64,000 bases of DNA from a virus (IMGVR_UViG_3300029846_000001); one strand, 5' to 3'; positions 39,929-49,354 are shown, numbered from the stretch's first letter. A program made the numbers and translations. Notes: generated from the sequence alone by a model not told the origin.

Positions 39929-40423
39929 TTAGATACTTAATTCTCCTTCTTCGTATTTTATATTCACCTTGTCACCGTTTTTGTAATTTTTTCCAGACAA
40001 GCACCTCACTCTCATCTGTTCCTGTCTTCCATTTTTCGAAATATTTACCATATAATGATTCTTCCCTGATCTAAATACTATCTCCACTTCTCTGCCATTT
40101 AAATCTTCCGGACATTCGTACACCATTTCTTGCTTTAACTTAAGAAGTAACTTATATACGTAAAACAAAACGATAAAGAAAAACGACCCTATTACGACCC
40201 CTATTAAATGGGAACCCGAAAAGTATGTGGTCCAGCTATATCCAAGAATAAAATGTGTTATGCCTTTGAATGATATGATGTCCGACAAAGACATGCTTAA
40301 ATCAGAAGCGTTATCAATGTCAATATCCGTATCCAGATCAGATCCTAATATCGACAATAAAAACTGTATAACAAAAGCAAATGACGCTATTAAAGCCATG
40401 CATAAAATTATGTCACTTCCCAT
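39929..40423 (-). CDS. NfeD-like membrane protein (YqiJ/YuaF family), 164 aa
   Basis: N-terminal hydrophobic helices plus C-terminal beta-rich soluble domain; immediately upstream of and co-directional with the flotillin gene, the conserved NfeD-flotillin pairing. Confidence 0.6.
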   Translation of the reverse strand: MGSDIILCMALIASFAFVIQFLLSILGSDLDTDIDIDNASDLSMSLSDIISFKGITHFILGYSWTTYFSGSHLIGVVIGSFFFIVLFYVYKLLLKLKQEMVYECPEDLNGREVEIVFRSGKNHYMVNISKNGRQEQMRVRCLSGKNYKNGDKVNIKYEEGELSI

Positions 40424-40664
40424 ACCCTTCTGTTATTATTTTGTAAACAAGATCAGTCATATCTTTGATGGATTCTGTATCATAATCAATAATAACGATA
40501 TTGAATTTTTGTTCCACCATCGCATCAAGCTCAATTCGATCAATAGAATCTAATCCAAGTTCTTTAAACGTCACATCTTCTTCATGAACTATATCCATTT
40601 CCGAATTAAGAAACTGAGTAATAATTATATCCTCTATTATCTTTCTAATTCTTACTTTTTCCAT
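40413..40664 (-). CDS. acyl carrier protein-like, 83 aa
   Basis: KELGLDSIDRIELDAMVEQKF matches the ACP phosphopantetheine-attachment signature (LGxDSLDxVEL, Ser in DS); acidic and small. Confidence 0.6.
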   Translation of the reverse strand: MEKVRIRKIIEDIIITQFLNSEMDIVHEEDVTFKELGLDSIDRIELDAMVEQKFNIVIIDYDTESIKDMTDLVYKIITEGYGK

Positions 40665-41365
40665 TGCTTTCTAATTTTGTTAAATAAATATGTTTTTATG
40701 TTTTTCAATCGTTCTTTGTCTGTTTCCGCACTTCCGGTAAACAAATAATCCGGATTGCCTTTAGCCGGCGGCGTAGGCAATTTAGATACGGCAAACAACC
40801 AATCCATTTCCTTATTCTTCTTAGGCTCCAAATAAGGCTCGGTAGCGATCTTAAATTTTTCAGCTATTAAGTCAAAGAGCTTTGAGTTTTTAAGGTTCAT
40901 ATGGACTGAAAAAGCCTGAGAAGGCGGTTTCCATATGAAGTTACATAAGCTCATTGTGTAATCTCCTGACTCTGCTATATAAGATTCCGTTACTTGAAGT
41001 ATGACCTCTTTCTTAAATGAAGTATTACCCATAAACCAACACAATCTGGATTCCGCTTCTTTTCTGCTGACACCTATGTCTTTTGAATATGATTCGTACA
41101 TTCCTATCATAATCTTCAACGTTTCCAGAACCTCGTCTGTCATTTCCGGTGTCTCTATATAATTCACAAAAGACGTTCCTTTGTTGGTCAATCTCATCAC
41201 GCCTGATTTTAATTTCTCAACCAGGCCAAGCTCTATATATCTACCAGCATCTTCTTCCTGCATGGCTTCGATCATAACCGAATCCTTCTGTCTTATGGCA
41301 AGAAGATTAGCGAGATCATTAGGAGTCATGTCTGATGCTGTAAGTTGTCTGAAATTGATGTACAT
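40652..41365 (-). CDS. hypothetical protein, 237 aa
   Basis: ORF tiled in block. Confidence 0.5.
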   Translation of the reverse strand: MYINFRQLTASDMTPNDLANLLAIRQKDSVMIEAMQEEDAGRYIELGLVEKLKSGVMRLTNKGTSFVNYIETPEMTDEVLETLKIMIGMYESYSKDIGVSRKEAESRLCWFMGNTSFKKEVILQVTESYIAESGDYTMSLCNFIWKPPSQAFSVHMNLKNSKLFDLIAEKFKIATEPYLEPKKNKEMDWLFAVSKLPTPPAKGNPDYLFTGSAETDKERLKNIKTYLFNKIRKQWKK

Positions 41366-41367
41366 TC

Positions 41368-41574
41368 CTAATCAGCTTTAATGAAAATAACATCTCTATT
41401 ATCCTCCCTCTCCGCGTGACTACACGGACCTGCAATCACATGCACTGCCCCGCATGTAAAGTAATTGAATATACATCCTTCACATCCTGCATTTGGCGCC
41501 GTAGGTTCCACACATTTTAATCTCACAAGTCCGGCATCAAACACTTCTCCTACTTTAAATTCCTTCTTTTCCAT
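41368..41574 (-). CDS. hypothetical Cys-rich small protein, 68 aa
   Basis: CVEPTAPNAGCEGCIFNYFTCGAVHVIAGPC. Confidence 0.4.
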   Translation of the reverse strand: MEKKEFKVGEVFDAGLVRLKCVEPTAPNAGCEGCIFNYFTCGAVHVIAGPCSHAEREDNRDVIFIKAD

Positions 41575-41589
41575 ATTTCCTCCTTGTTT

Positions 41590-42192
41590 TTAACTGTTGT
41601 ACCCTTCTTTGATAATCGAATTTCTACCGGTAGACACCGACTGACGGAGATCATCATGTACAGAATCTACCGTAGAATACTTGTTTCTGGTTGTAAAAAT
41701 AACTTCCAGCATCTCCTTGTAATCACCTAAAGCCACTTCGTATCTTGGATCCACTTTGGCTTTTCTTTCAGCCTCGGCATTACTTTTAGCCAGCTCTCGG
41801 TCGAGAAGGTCTTCTTTGATCCGGTCAGCAATCATATCAAGTTCTTTTTTAATAACTTCTCCTGCTGCCCGAAGTTGACCTTCTACGTCACCAAGCTGGT
41901 CTTGGACGGTACCTATTTCTTTCTTTAGACGATCGTATTCGTTAATCATACCCATATCACCTGCATAGCCGGAAAAGTCCTTGATTATTCTGGTTCCTTC
42001 TTTAAGGAGCTCAATGACTCGTCTTTTGCGTTCTCTGCTTATTAAAGACGGAAGACGATAATTCATATCCGCTACTGCTTTATCATGTATGGAGTTGATT
42101 AAAAACATCTCTCTTTCATCCCCTGCGAACTCAGTAAGAACCAAAAGGAACTTACTTATCAGGTATTCGTTTTCTTCTACGGTAAGTCTCAT
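41590..42192 (-). CDS. hypothetical coiled-coil protein, 200 aa
   Basis: ORF tiled in block. Confidence 0.5.
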   Translation of the reverse strand: MRLTVEENEYLISKFLLVLTEFAGDEREMFLINSIHDKAVADMNYRLPSLISRERKRRVIELLKEGTRIIKDFSGYAGDMGMINEYDRLKKEIGTVQDQLGDVEGQLRAAGEVIKKELDMIADRIKEDLLDRELAKSNAEAERKAKVDPRYEVALGDYKEMLEVIFTTRNKYSTVDSVHDDLRQSVSTGRNSIIKEGYNS

Positions 42193-42205
42193 ACGTTTCT
42201 TTTTT

Positions 42206-43339
42206 TTAATATACTGACTGTTCTTCCTTTACCTCTTGTTCTTGATCTTGATTGTTCGTAACGTCTTCCACAGTATAGAGCTTGGGCGGCGTCGGCGGCT
42301 GGTTGGGGTTCACGAACTTCGTCCCTCCCTCCCCGTACATCCATCCATGCCCCGGCAGGATCTCTGGGTGGATTGTATTAGTAAGCTCTTCCATACTAAC
42401 TTGCCTTACCTTCAGTATATGATGAAACACCAGTCCGGCTGTCCTGAATGATGTTTTGTTTTCAGTTTTAAACCGGTCAAGAGTCTGATACCAGTCTTTC
42501 CCAAATATCATATACTTGTCCAGCCCGTATCTGCGAGGATTATGCAAACCTATCATTAACGTACATAGTTGCCCCAGCGTATCAGACTGATAAAAGTCAG
42601 AAAGACGGGGAGGCTGCTCTTGAGGGCTTTTTATCCTTCCTTCTATCTCTCTGTTGAATTGGGATATGATGAGGAAAAATATGTTTTTATATACTAATTT
42701 AGCCTCGTTCATAATCGCCACCAAATCATCTATAGCCGACTTAGGATCCAATCCCATTCTTTTTATCAAAGCAATATGATCGACTTTAAATATTATAAGA
42801 CGTTTGTCTTTATGCTTAGTAGCTATATGATATACAGCCGCCTCAAACTCTTTTACCGTACACGGAGCGTCGATGTATATTATATTATTTCTGATTTCAC
42901 CTTGAAGGATTTCAAACATCCTCATCTCTTCTACTGTATTAGAATCTTGCCTTCTTAATATTTCAGGAGCCCGCTTTTTCATATCCTGGCTCATTCTGCG
43001 AAGAAGAAGATCCTGAGGATTCATTTCGAACTCGCAATTAACAAGAAAATAATCTTCTGCCTGCGGGTTGATCATCGGATTCATCACATTTTCCAATATC
43101 TTTTGGGCCACATACGATTTACCTACAGATGGCCGGGCTCCTATGGCAATAGCGTGCTGAGGGAAAATACCTCCAAGCAAAGCCTCATCAATATAATCGT
43201 ATCCGGTTTTAGCGGGGATAAGCTCTCCCCGCCTGTATTTCAAGATATTCTCATACGCCTCTTCCATAACCTGTTTAGAGGTTTTGAATATCCTTCTAAT
43301 ATCTATCCTATTTGCTATCTCCTCGTGCATTTTTGTCAC
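42206..43339 (-). CDS. DnaB-like replicative helicase (RecA-fold C-terminal domain), 377 aa
   Basis: Walker A GARPSVGKSYVA; Walker B-like hydrophobic strand followed by D (LIIFKVDHIAL); overall DnaB C-terminal domain arrangement. Confidence 0.65.
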   Translation of the reverse strand: MTKMHEEIANRIDIRRIFKTSKQVMEEAYENILKYRRGELIPAKTGYDYIDEALLGGIFPQHAIAIGARPSVGKSYVAQKILENVMNPMINPQAEDYFLVNCEFEMNPQDLLLRRMSQDMKKRAPEILRRQDSNTVEEMRMFEILQGEIRNNIIYIDAPCTVKEFEAAVYHIATKHKDKRLIIFKVDHIALIKRMGLDPKSAIDDLVAIMNEAKLVYKNIFFLIISQFNREIEGRIKSPQEQPPRLSDFYQSDTLGQLCTLMIGLHNPRRYGLDKYMIFGKDWYQTLDRFKTENKTSFRTAGLVFHHILKVRQVSMEELTNTIHPEILPGHGWMYGEGGTKFVNPNQPPTPPKLYTVEDVTNNQDQEQEVKEEQSVY

Positions 43340-43619
43340 CTTTTGTATCCGATTTGGATCCCCTATTAGCTTTTACTGATTTATACCTAAGACCGTTCTT
43401 GGTATGAGAACAATCCTTGCCTTTTCTCCAGCCCTTACCCTTCTTCTTGTCCGTTTCGTAGTTTTTACGACCAAGCTCCCGGCGTTTGGCTTTCTGTTCC
43501 GGTCTGGCATTTATCTCCTTGTCTTTTTTAGCCTTTTTCTTCCTGGCTTCGGGATGAGTCCTGTAGTACTCTGTTGATCTGCCCATCTTCTTACATTTTT
43601 TTGATTGATAATAGCACAA
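43308..43619 (-). CDS. highly basic Lys/Arg-rich small protein, 103 aa (histone-like/DNA-binding?)
   Basis: Composition about 40% K+R (KKKAKKDKEINARPEQKAKRRELGRKNYETDKKKGKGWRKGK). Confidence 0.4.
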   Translation of the reverse strand: MCYYQSKKCKKMGRSTEYYRTHPEARKKKAKKDKEINARPEQKAKRRELGRKNYETDKKKGKGWRKGKDCSHTKNGLRYKSVKANRGSKSDTKGDKNARGDSK

Positions 43620-43637
43620 AGATAGGCAATTCTCGCC

Positions 43638-44204
43638 CTATTTCAACCTGCCGTAACTCATATCAGGATCACACCAGACATACCCGTCTTTCTCATCATG
43701 AAGATACTCAGGACATCCTCTACATGCGCTACTTCCTGACACTATTTGATTGTTTTTATTAGGGCACTTATCTCCAGGTTTATGCCATTCTATTCTCGAA
43801 CCTGATCGCTCTTTGTTTACATGACAGAATTGAAATACTTTTCCCATCGTCTTCTCGCCAAACATACCTATATGTGTGTACTCTTCCGGTATAGATAGAA
43901 ATTCAGATAAATCTTTATACATCCTTTCCCGTTCCTCCGGCGTAGACCATAATCTGTCAAGTTCGGCATGGACTCTTATCTTAAGAGACCTCAGTGATGG
44001 CCCCGCAAGCCGGCCTTTAGCTTTTCCCTTATTCGGCCCTGATTCATGAACACCGACATAAGCGTTGCATGGTTTGCACATCATAACCATCCCTAAGCCT
44101 TTTCTGCTATATATTTTATCGGCATTTACCAGCTCAGTTTCTCTTCCGCAATAAGGACAAATTTCACCTCTTAAAACCCGTTGTCGGCGCTCATTAAGTT
44201 CCAT
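43638..44204 (-). CDS. hypothetical zinc-ribbon protein, 188 aa
   Basis: CPYCG...CKPCNAYVG Cys pairs. Confidence 0.45.
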   Translation of the reverse strand: MELNERRQRVLRGEICPYCGRETELVNADKIYSRKGLGMVMMCKPCNAYVGVHESGPNKGKAKGRLAGPSLRSLKIRVHAELDRLWSTPEERERMYKDLSEFLSIPEEYTHIGMFGEKTMGKVFQFCHVNKERSGSRIEWHKPGDKCPNKNNQIVSGSSACRGCPEYLHDEKDGYVWCDPDMSYGRLK

Positions 44205-44446
44205 ACCCTATTCTTTTGTTTTTCTTTAAACTTTTCATACAAACTGCTTTCAGTTTCCATTTCTGAGATCTCTACCTCTACGTCCTCTCTTTTGAAAATT
44301 ACTTTCTTGGCTGTCGGATACGCACATTTAGAGATACGAATAGCATTACGAATAGCGTAAACAAAATACGTTTCTGGTGACGATTCGATCACCACTACCT
44401 CATTTAAAGTGTTTTTGTAATTTTCCATATTATCTACTTGCTTCAA
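44171..44446 (-). CDS. hypothetical protein, 91 aa
   Basis: ORF tiled in block. Confidence 0.4.
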   Translation of the reverse strand: MKQVDNMENYKNTLNEVVVIESSPETYFVYAIRNAIRISKCAYPTAKKVIFKREDVEVEISEMETESSLYEKFKEKQKNRVWNLMSADNGF

Positions 44447-44783
44447 TTATATAACCCGGATGATCTTCGCACGCCTCTTTATATTCGATAAGAAACTTAA
44501 GAAATGAATCATAAGACCCCCATCCATTTTCTGGCTCGTATTTCAAAAGACTTTTTCTCTTGGAGATCATAATACATATACCTTTTGTAAGTACATTCTT
44601 CATCTCATTGGTATATATTTCTCTATACAATTCTTCTGGTCTCCAAACATAATCGTACAGCGTTTCTTTATTTTCTGATACGAATATTCTTTGTGCCATC
44701 TTGTTCATGTTGTGGGTGATGTTTGCAACCCATTCACGATCCTCTTCTTTCTTCTTACTTTTAATATAAACGTCCAGGCTCAT
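44430..44783 (-). CDS. hypothetical protein, 117 aa
   Basis: ORF tiled in block. Confidence 0.45.
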   Translation of the reverse strand: MSLDVYIKSKKKEEDREWVANITHNMNKMAQRIFVSENKETLYDYVWRPEELYREIYTNEMKNVLTKGICIMISKRKSLLKYEPENGWGSYDSFLKFLIEYKEACEDHPGYIIEASR

Positions 44784-45774
44784 ACTGTTTTTCTTTTACC
44801 TTGTTATTGATTATCAAATCTGCCACATCATCTCCGTCTCCTACATTTTCAACATTTTGAAGATAGTCCGATACTTTTATCCTTGACTTCATCATCATCC
44901 CATCTATCTTTTTACTCCATGTCTCAAATGCTTGTCCTTTGTCCGGAAAAGCTACAGTCTTTCTATCTTTTAAAACATCTATCACTTCCGGCCTTAGATT
45001 CTGCAACCCACCGGTAGCTACAAATAACTCATCTGGTTTATTCACAGCGCATATAATAGCCGTCTTTTCTGATTCCACCAGATTAACCACCTTATCCGGA
45101 TACTGGCTTAGAAGATGCTCTCCGAACAGGCATTGCCTAAACAAGAAGTCTCTTGCATGCAACGAGTGATAAAACATAACATGAGGCCGCTCATTGTCAC
45201 CGTCTTTTTCCTTCACTCTTTTTACATCAATCTCATTCCCCTGGCTGTCGGTCTTTATATAAAAGTCCATGATCTTGCCGGTTCTACATACAAAATCTTT
45301 GTCTATCTGCCAGAATATACAACATCCTTTCCATCCCCATAAGTCCATTGTTCCTACATGATACCTCCTGAATACATCAGACACCCTTTCTTTTCCCCAT
45401 AGAGATGATAAAAATCTAAATACAGTGTTTCTATCGTCTGGAACTACAGTCCTCTCAAACTCGCTAAAAGGTATGTAATTTACAACGTCAGGATTTACAG
45501 GAGGGCGATAAGCTCTTATACACTTGTTTCCTGAAATCCAAAGATCTTTGTCACCTACATCCTTACCAGTAGGTCGTTTATCGTAACCGCAAGTCCGTTC
45601 ATGATCGCATCTTCCGAACTCGTTGCCAACAACCTGACCTGTTGCCACATCAATATAAGGAGTGAGGCACCGGCTTTTTCCGCAAGCCGGGCAGGTCAGC
45701 TTCAGTCGGCTCCTTCCGGGCCTGCGGTCAAGTTGAAACCGAGGTACGTTTTCGTATCTTCTGAAATCAAGCAT
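44761..45774 (-). CDS. putative DNA primase (zinc ribbon + TOPRIM-like domain), 337 aa
   Basis: CPACGKSRCLTP...CDHERTCGY zinc ribbon; TOPRIM-like Glu (LVESEKTAIICAV) and D-x-G (AFPDKGQAFE); located next to the helicase. Confidence 0.55.
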   Translation of the reverse strand: MLDFRRYENVPRFQLDRRPGRSRLKLTCPACGKSRCLTPYIDVATGQVVGNEFGRCDHERTCGYDKRPTGKDVGDKDLWISGNKCIRAYRPPVNPDVVNYIPFSEFERTVVPDDRNTVFRFLSSLWGKERVSDVFRRYHVGTMDLWGWKGCCIFWQIDKDFVCRTGKIMDFYIKTDSQGNEIDVKRVKEKDGDNERPHVMFYHSLHARDFLFRQCLFGEHLLSQYPDKVVNLVESEKTAIICAVNKPDELFVATGGLQNLRPEVIDVLKDRKTVAFPDKGQAFETWSKKIDGMMMKSRIKVSDYLQNVENVGDGDDVADLIINNKVKEKQYEPGRLY

Positions 45775-46117
45775 TTTGAACTCCTCTCATTGCTTCTATG
45801 ATTCTATCTGCTATAGTTATAGACCATGACACCACATCTGGTACATATACTCCGCAATCTATCTCTCCTTTTCTATGCAGTGTTTTGATAAACTCAATAG
45901 AATAAGCCTTAACAAGATCGAATCTACGTTGTTCCCAGTCTACATCTTTGTTTTCATCATCCACAGGAAGGGTATCAAGATAATAATTTAAACTCCCATT
46001 TATCACACTTCCGTTGCTGTCATAGAATTGTATTTTGTCATAGTCGCTTCTTATGGTTGAACCACTGAAGGTGATTACGTCTATTACCTCCCCGGTTCTT
46101 CTAATTTTTCTTTTCAT
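45767..46117 (-). CDS. hypothetical protein, 116 aa
   Basis: ORF tiled in block. Confidence 0.45.
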   Translation of the reverse strand: MKRKIRRTGEVIDVITFSGSTIRSDYDKIQFYDSNGSVINGSLNYYLDTLPVDDENKDVDWEQRRFDLVKAYSIEFIKTLHRKGEIDCGVYVPDVVSWSITIADRIIEAMRGVQNA

Positions 46118-46347
46118 ACTCTTCTTGTGTTTCTAACCAGTATAGGCATTATTACATTAACATTCTTGCCATATTTCTCATAAGATGTGAGTATGCATAT
46201 TGCATACTTATCCCCTATCTTCAAATCTTTCGATAATCTTAATCTTGACCCCCTTTTGATGTTAATAAAATAATCACCAAAAGGATTGATACATATCGGT
46301 TTTACGATTTCCACATAATCTCCTTCAGGAATAACAATATCACTCAT
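46114..46347 (-). CDS. hypothetical protein, 77 aa
   Basis: ORF tiled in block. Confidence 0.4.
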   Translation of the reverse strand: MSDIVIPEGDYVEIVKPICINPFGDYFINIKRGSRLRLSKDLKIGDKYAICILTSYEKYGKNVNVIMPILVRNTRRV

Positions 46348-47663
46348 ATTACGAATCTTTTAGACATTTCCTCAGCAATATCATATACAACAATATGATC
46401 CTCTTCATTGTATGGCTTATTGATATTCAGCACTCCTTTTCTTACCTTAAACCTCTTATCTTTTCTAAGGTGATTCAACATCCCTTGTTGGAATACACAG
46501 TCTGCCTTCTCCATAGCAGCATTTTTATCAGACCATTCTTTTAGCGTATAACCTTTACTGTTCGTGCTTTTTGGAGAAAAATTCATAATGCGTGCGTCAA
46601 TTCCGTACCAGTTTTTAACCATTCTCCTTTCAGCCTCCAATTGAAAAGCATGTTCATTTCGTATGTCACCCGATTTAAAATCTAAGATAACAATCTCTTC
46701 TTTCTCCACTTCTCTCACTTCCTTCTTCGGATCGCCTTTTTTGAACTGCCCCGTAGCCCTTTGATACACGGCTCCAAAATAACCTTCTTCTTTGTACTTG
46801 AATGTCATTTTAACCATCGCATCTATCGGCGTAGCTACCAAATAATCTTCTAATGATAATATTCTTTCAATCATCATCGGCTTAACCTTATACTCCGAAC
46901 AAAATTTAGCAAACTTCATAACTCTGACAATCATATCGTCAAGATCATCTATGCTACCAAAGAATTTGTCAAGATTCTTTTTTGATATTTTAAGCTTGCC
47001 TTCTTGCACTGTCTTAACTATAAAACTTCGATTTAAGACCATATCTCTACCCGTCAAGTACAATCCGTATAGGTAGTGCATGATCGTTCCTTTATCTGCA
47101 TCATATTCTGATACTTCTTCCGGATTGCGACCAATCATCCTCATCTCCTGTCTCCATTCTTGAAGAGCCGTCTTGTCATCTACGAATCCGTCTCTAATCA
47201 TGGTTGTTACCGAGGCGTATATCTTGGCTGTCCCATCGTCCATCTTTCTTACATAAAAACGATTACCGTCTAATGTCAATCTTACGAATTTGGGAGTCTC
47301 AATCTTCTTTAACTCATCACAGATATAAAACGGCTCTAACGTTTCCTGATTTTCTGTAAACGGATTCGAATCCTCTTCTCCAGGGTTAGAAGCGGCTTCC
47401 TCCGCCGGAGCTTCCGGTTCCTCCTTCTGGGCCTGCTCTGGCTCAGGCGCCGGCTCTTCAACTATTGGAACCTGCCCGCCTCTTTCTGCTATGTCTCTGT
47501 TCTTTATTAAAGACATAACCTCCTTCTTCAACTGCTCTGGTGTTTGATTAGGATTTGACACCGACATCACAACATCGTTCATTCTAAACAACGTATTCCC
47601 TTCTCCTTCCACCATAGGAACAAATCCTAAATCTGTCAATATTTTTATTTTCTGTTCTATCAT
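46344..47663 (-). CDS. hypothetical protein, 439 aa; possible nuclease/recombination protein (weak PD-(D/E)XK-like ILDFKSGD...QLEAER)
   Basis: Large ORF; Pro/Glu-rich acidic linker (PAPEPEQAQKEEPEAPAEEAASNPGEED). Confidence 0.5.
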   Translation of the reverse strand: MIEQKIKILTDLGFVPMVEGEGNTLFRMNDVVMSVSNPNQTPEQLKKEVMSLIKNRDIAERGGQVPIVEEPAPEPEQAQKEEPEAPAEEAASNPGEEDSNPFTENQETLEPFYICDELKKIETPKFVRLTLDGNRFYVRKMDDGTAKIYASVTTMIRDGFVDDKTALQEWRQEMRMIGRNPEEVSEYDADKGTIMHYLYGLYLTGRDMVLNRSFIVKTVQEGKLKISKKNLDKFFGSIDDLDDMIVRVMKFAKFCSEYKVKPMMIERILSLEDYLVATPIDAMVKMTFKYKEEGYFGAVYQRATGQFKKGDPKKEVREVEKEEIVILDFKSGDIRNEHAFQLEAERRMVKNWYGIDARIMNFSPKSTNSKGYTLKEWSDKNAAMEKADCVFQQGMLNHLRKDKRFKVRKGVLNINKPYNEEDHIVVYDIAEEMSKRFVI

Positions 47664-47836
47664 CGCAATTCCCCAATTAATGCTTCTTTAATATAATACA
47701 ATACAGTTTCAGCCTCATCCACATCTGCGGCTGCTCCCTCAAAATCAATTTCTCTCTCACTCTCTCCTCTTTTTACGTTGGCAATGAAAATAATTTCATC
47801 GTCAGCTTCTATTGTAACCTTATATTTTTTTCTCAT
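47660..47836 (-). CDS. small hypothetical protein (about 58 aa), coupled by ATGA overlap to the 439-aa gene
   Basis: Hand-translated MRKKYKVTIEADDEIIFIANVKRGESEREIDFEGAAADVDEAETVLYYIKEALIGELR*; below the ORF-track length cutoff. Confidence 0.3.
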   Translation of the reverse strand: MRKKYKVTIEADDEIIFIANVKRGESEREIDFEGAAADVDEAETVLYYIKEALIGELR

Positions 47837-47929
47837 ATCCCATATTCTATTAAATATATTTAAAGCTATTCATCCGTTTTAATACATCCCCTCGGAGACC
47901 TTTCGGTCTCCTTGGTAGATGTAAATCCC

Positions 47930-48170
47930 GTTAGGGATAAGTCAGGATTTCTCCTGTAAGTACCCATCGCCAATGTTATTTTGAGGTTTTATATAATGGC
48001 AACACTGTTTCGTCAAATACACTACTCCTGTTTAATCACCATTCTTAGAGCAAGAAACTTGGGTAAACATTCCTTGGTAACTATTTATTCTCAAATAACG
48101 TAGCCTTTGTTTCAAGGCTTAGGCTAATAACCCGATCTCTGAAAGAGATGTATTAAACTTTTATAATAGA
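47930..48170 (-). ncRNA. omega-RNA-like structured element, copy B (solo, inverted relative to copy A at 18043-18268)
   Basis: Reverse complement aligns with copy A across about 230 nt with compensatory substitutions in predicted stems; 5' variable hairpin atctctttcagagat; followed (in transcript direction) by the strong hairpin GGAGACC-GAAA-GGTCTCC (plus coords 47893-47910); no nuclease gene adjacent. Confidence 0.5.
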
Positions 48171-48187
48171 ATTATATTAGTTTAATA

Positions 48188-48709
48188 CTATTTGGGGTTA
48201 TATCTGTCAATTATTTCAATAATCAACCTACCTCTTTCTTTAATCATTCCCCTGCTTTCCATATCCAGTACCTTCTTTACCGCATACTTCCACACAAAAG
48301 GAAATTCTGTTTCAAGTTTATCAAATTCCATCCGGTCAAGATACATGTCGAATACCGTATGCTCCGATTCATGAAGGAAAACTATATTATCCCTGCAAGT
48401 AGCAACCGACTTATATATCCTTTTCGGAAGTATGTGACAGACGTTACATACTGTAGGAAAATGAATAGCCTTACCGGTCATAGACATTCGAATAGTACTC
48501 AACTCCTCCAACATAAGACGAAAAAACCCGGATAAATCCGGGTTCTCTAACTTTTTCTTCTTGCTGCTGTTTTTAATGGATGTAATTCTGTCTTTTTTCT
48601 TCGGAGTCAACTCTTTGCTCCTGCAAGCCTGGCATAAGCCATGACTTCTTATCATTACTTTTCGTCCGCATTTTTCGCAGACGTATAGCTTCTTTTCCTT
48701 GCTTTCCAT
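48188..48709 (-). CDS. hypothetical zinc-ribbon protein, 173 aa
   Basis: CEKCGRKV...CQACR N-terminal Cys pairs; basic linker. Confidence 0.5.
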   Translation of the reverse strand: MESKEKKLYVCEKCGRKVMIRSHGLCQACRSKELTPKKKDRITSIKNSSKKKKLENPDLSGFFRLMLEELSTIRMSMTGKAIHFPTVCNVCHILPKRIYKSVATCRDNIVFLHESEHTVFDMYLDRMEFDKLETEFPFVWKYAVKKVLDMESRGMIKERGRLIIEIIDRYNPK

Positions 48710-48894
48710 TCGAATAATAATGATATTATTGAAAAGAATAATCCCGCTGAAGCCAGTAGATAAGGTACGTTCATTAATAATTTATATACCTCGTCTGTCT
48801 TAATCACTATCAGAAGGAAAGCGCCTGCTGAAAGCAATGATATTATCGCCACAACAAGCGCTATGTTGGAAACTACATCAGCCTTACTCTTCAC
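48655..48894 (-). CDS. small membrane protein, 79 aa
   Basis: Two hydrophobic helices (IALVVAIISLLSAGAFLLIVI, LLASAGLFFSIISLLF). Confidence 0.4.
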   Translation of the reverse strand: MKSKADVVSNIALVVAIISLLSAGAFLLIVIKTDEVYKLLMNVPYLLASAGLFFSIISLLFEWKARKRSYTSAKNADEK

Positions 48895-49354
48895 TCTTCT
48901 TCTCGCCTAATTTTTCAGCTCCCTTCTGAAGATCGTATTTAAACACTTCAATGATTTTCGTTTCCACAATAGACTCGCAATTCCAGTCTCCTAACGTACC
49001 CTGCATACCTTTAGTCAACACAGCTTCGGCATCCTTAGGATTGCCGGCCTGGATATACATATAGCATGGAGTTTTCTTTTCTTTACCTTTCTTTTCATCC
49101 AGTGTAATGTAATTCACCTTACACTTATACCAGTACTCAGCTTCTCCGTTGAAGAAGATTTCCGACACTTTAATAGGATTAATTTTTACAACCTCGAAAG
49201 AATTGTACAAATCCTTGAAGATCTCCAACGATCTTGATTCTGCCTCTGTGTAAGACAAGGCATCCACTAAATACTTTTCAGTTACTTTCTTTTTTTTGCC
49301 GTTCTCGATATTATCAATCTCGGCTTTTACCGTAATTTCAAACCATCTATTCAT
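48884..49354 (-). CDS. hypothetical protein, 156 aa
   Basis: ORF tiled in block. Confidence 0.5.
   Translation of the reverse strand: MNRWFEITVKAEIDNIENGKKKKVTEKYLVDALSYTEAESRSLEIFKDLYNSFEVVKINPIKVSEIFFNGEAEYWYKCKVNYITLDEKKGKEKKTPCYMYIQAGNPKDAEAVLTKGMQGTLGDWNCESIVETKIIEVFKYDLQKGAEKLGEKKSEE

Noticed and set aside
47893-47910. Perfect hairpin GGAGACC-TTTC-GGTCTCC considered as a Rho-independent terminator
   Set aside because: No U/T-run follows on either strand. It is more likely part of the omega-RNA-like element or a processing or binding hairpin.
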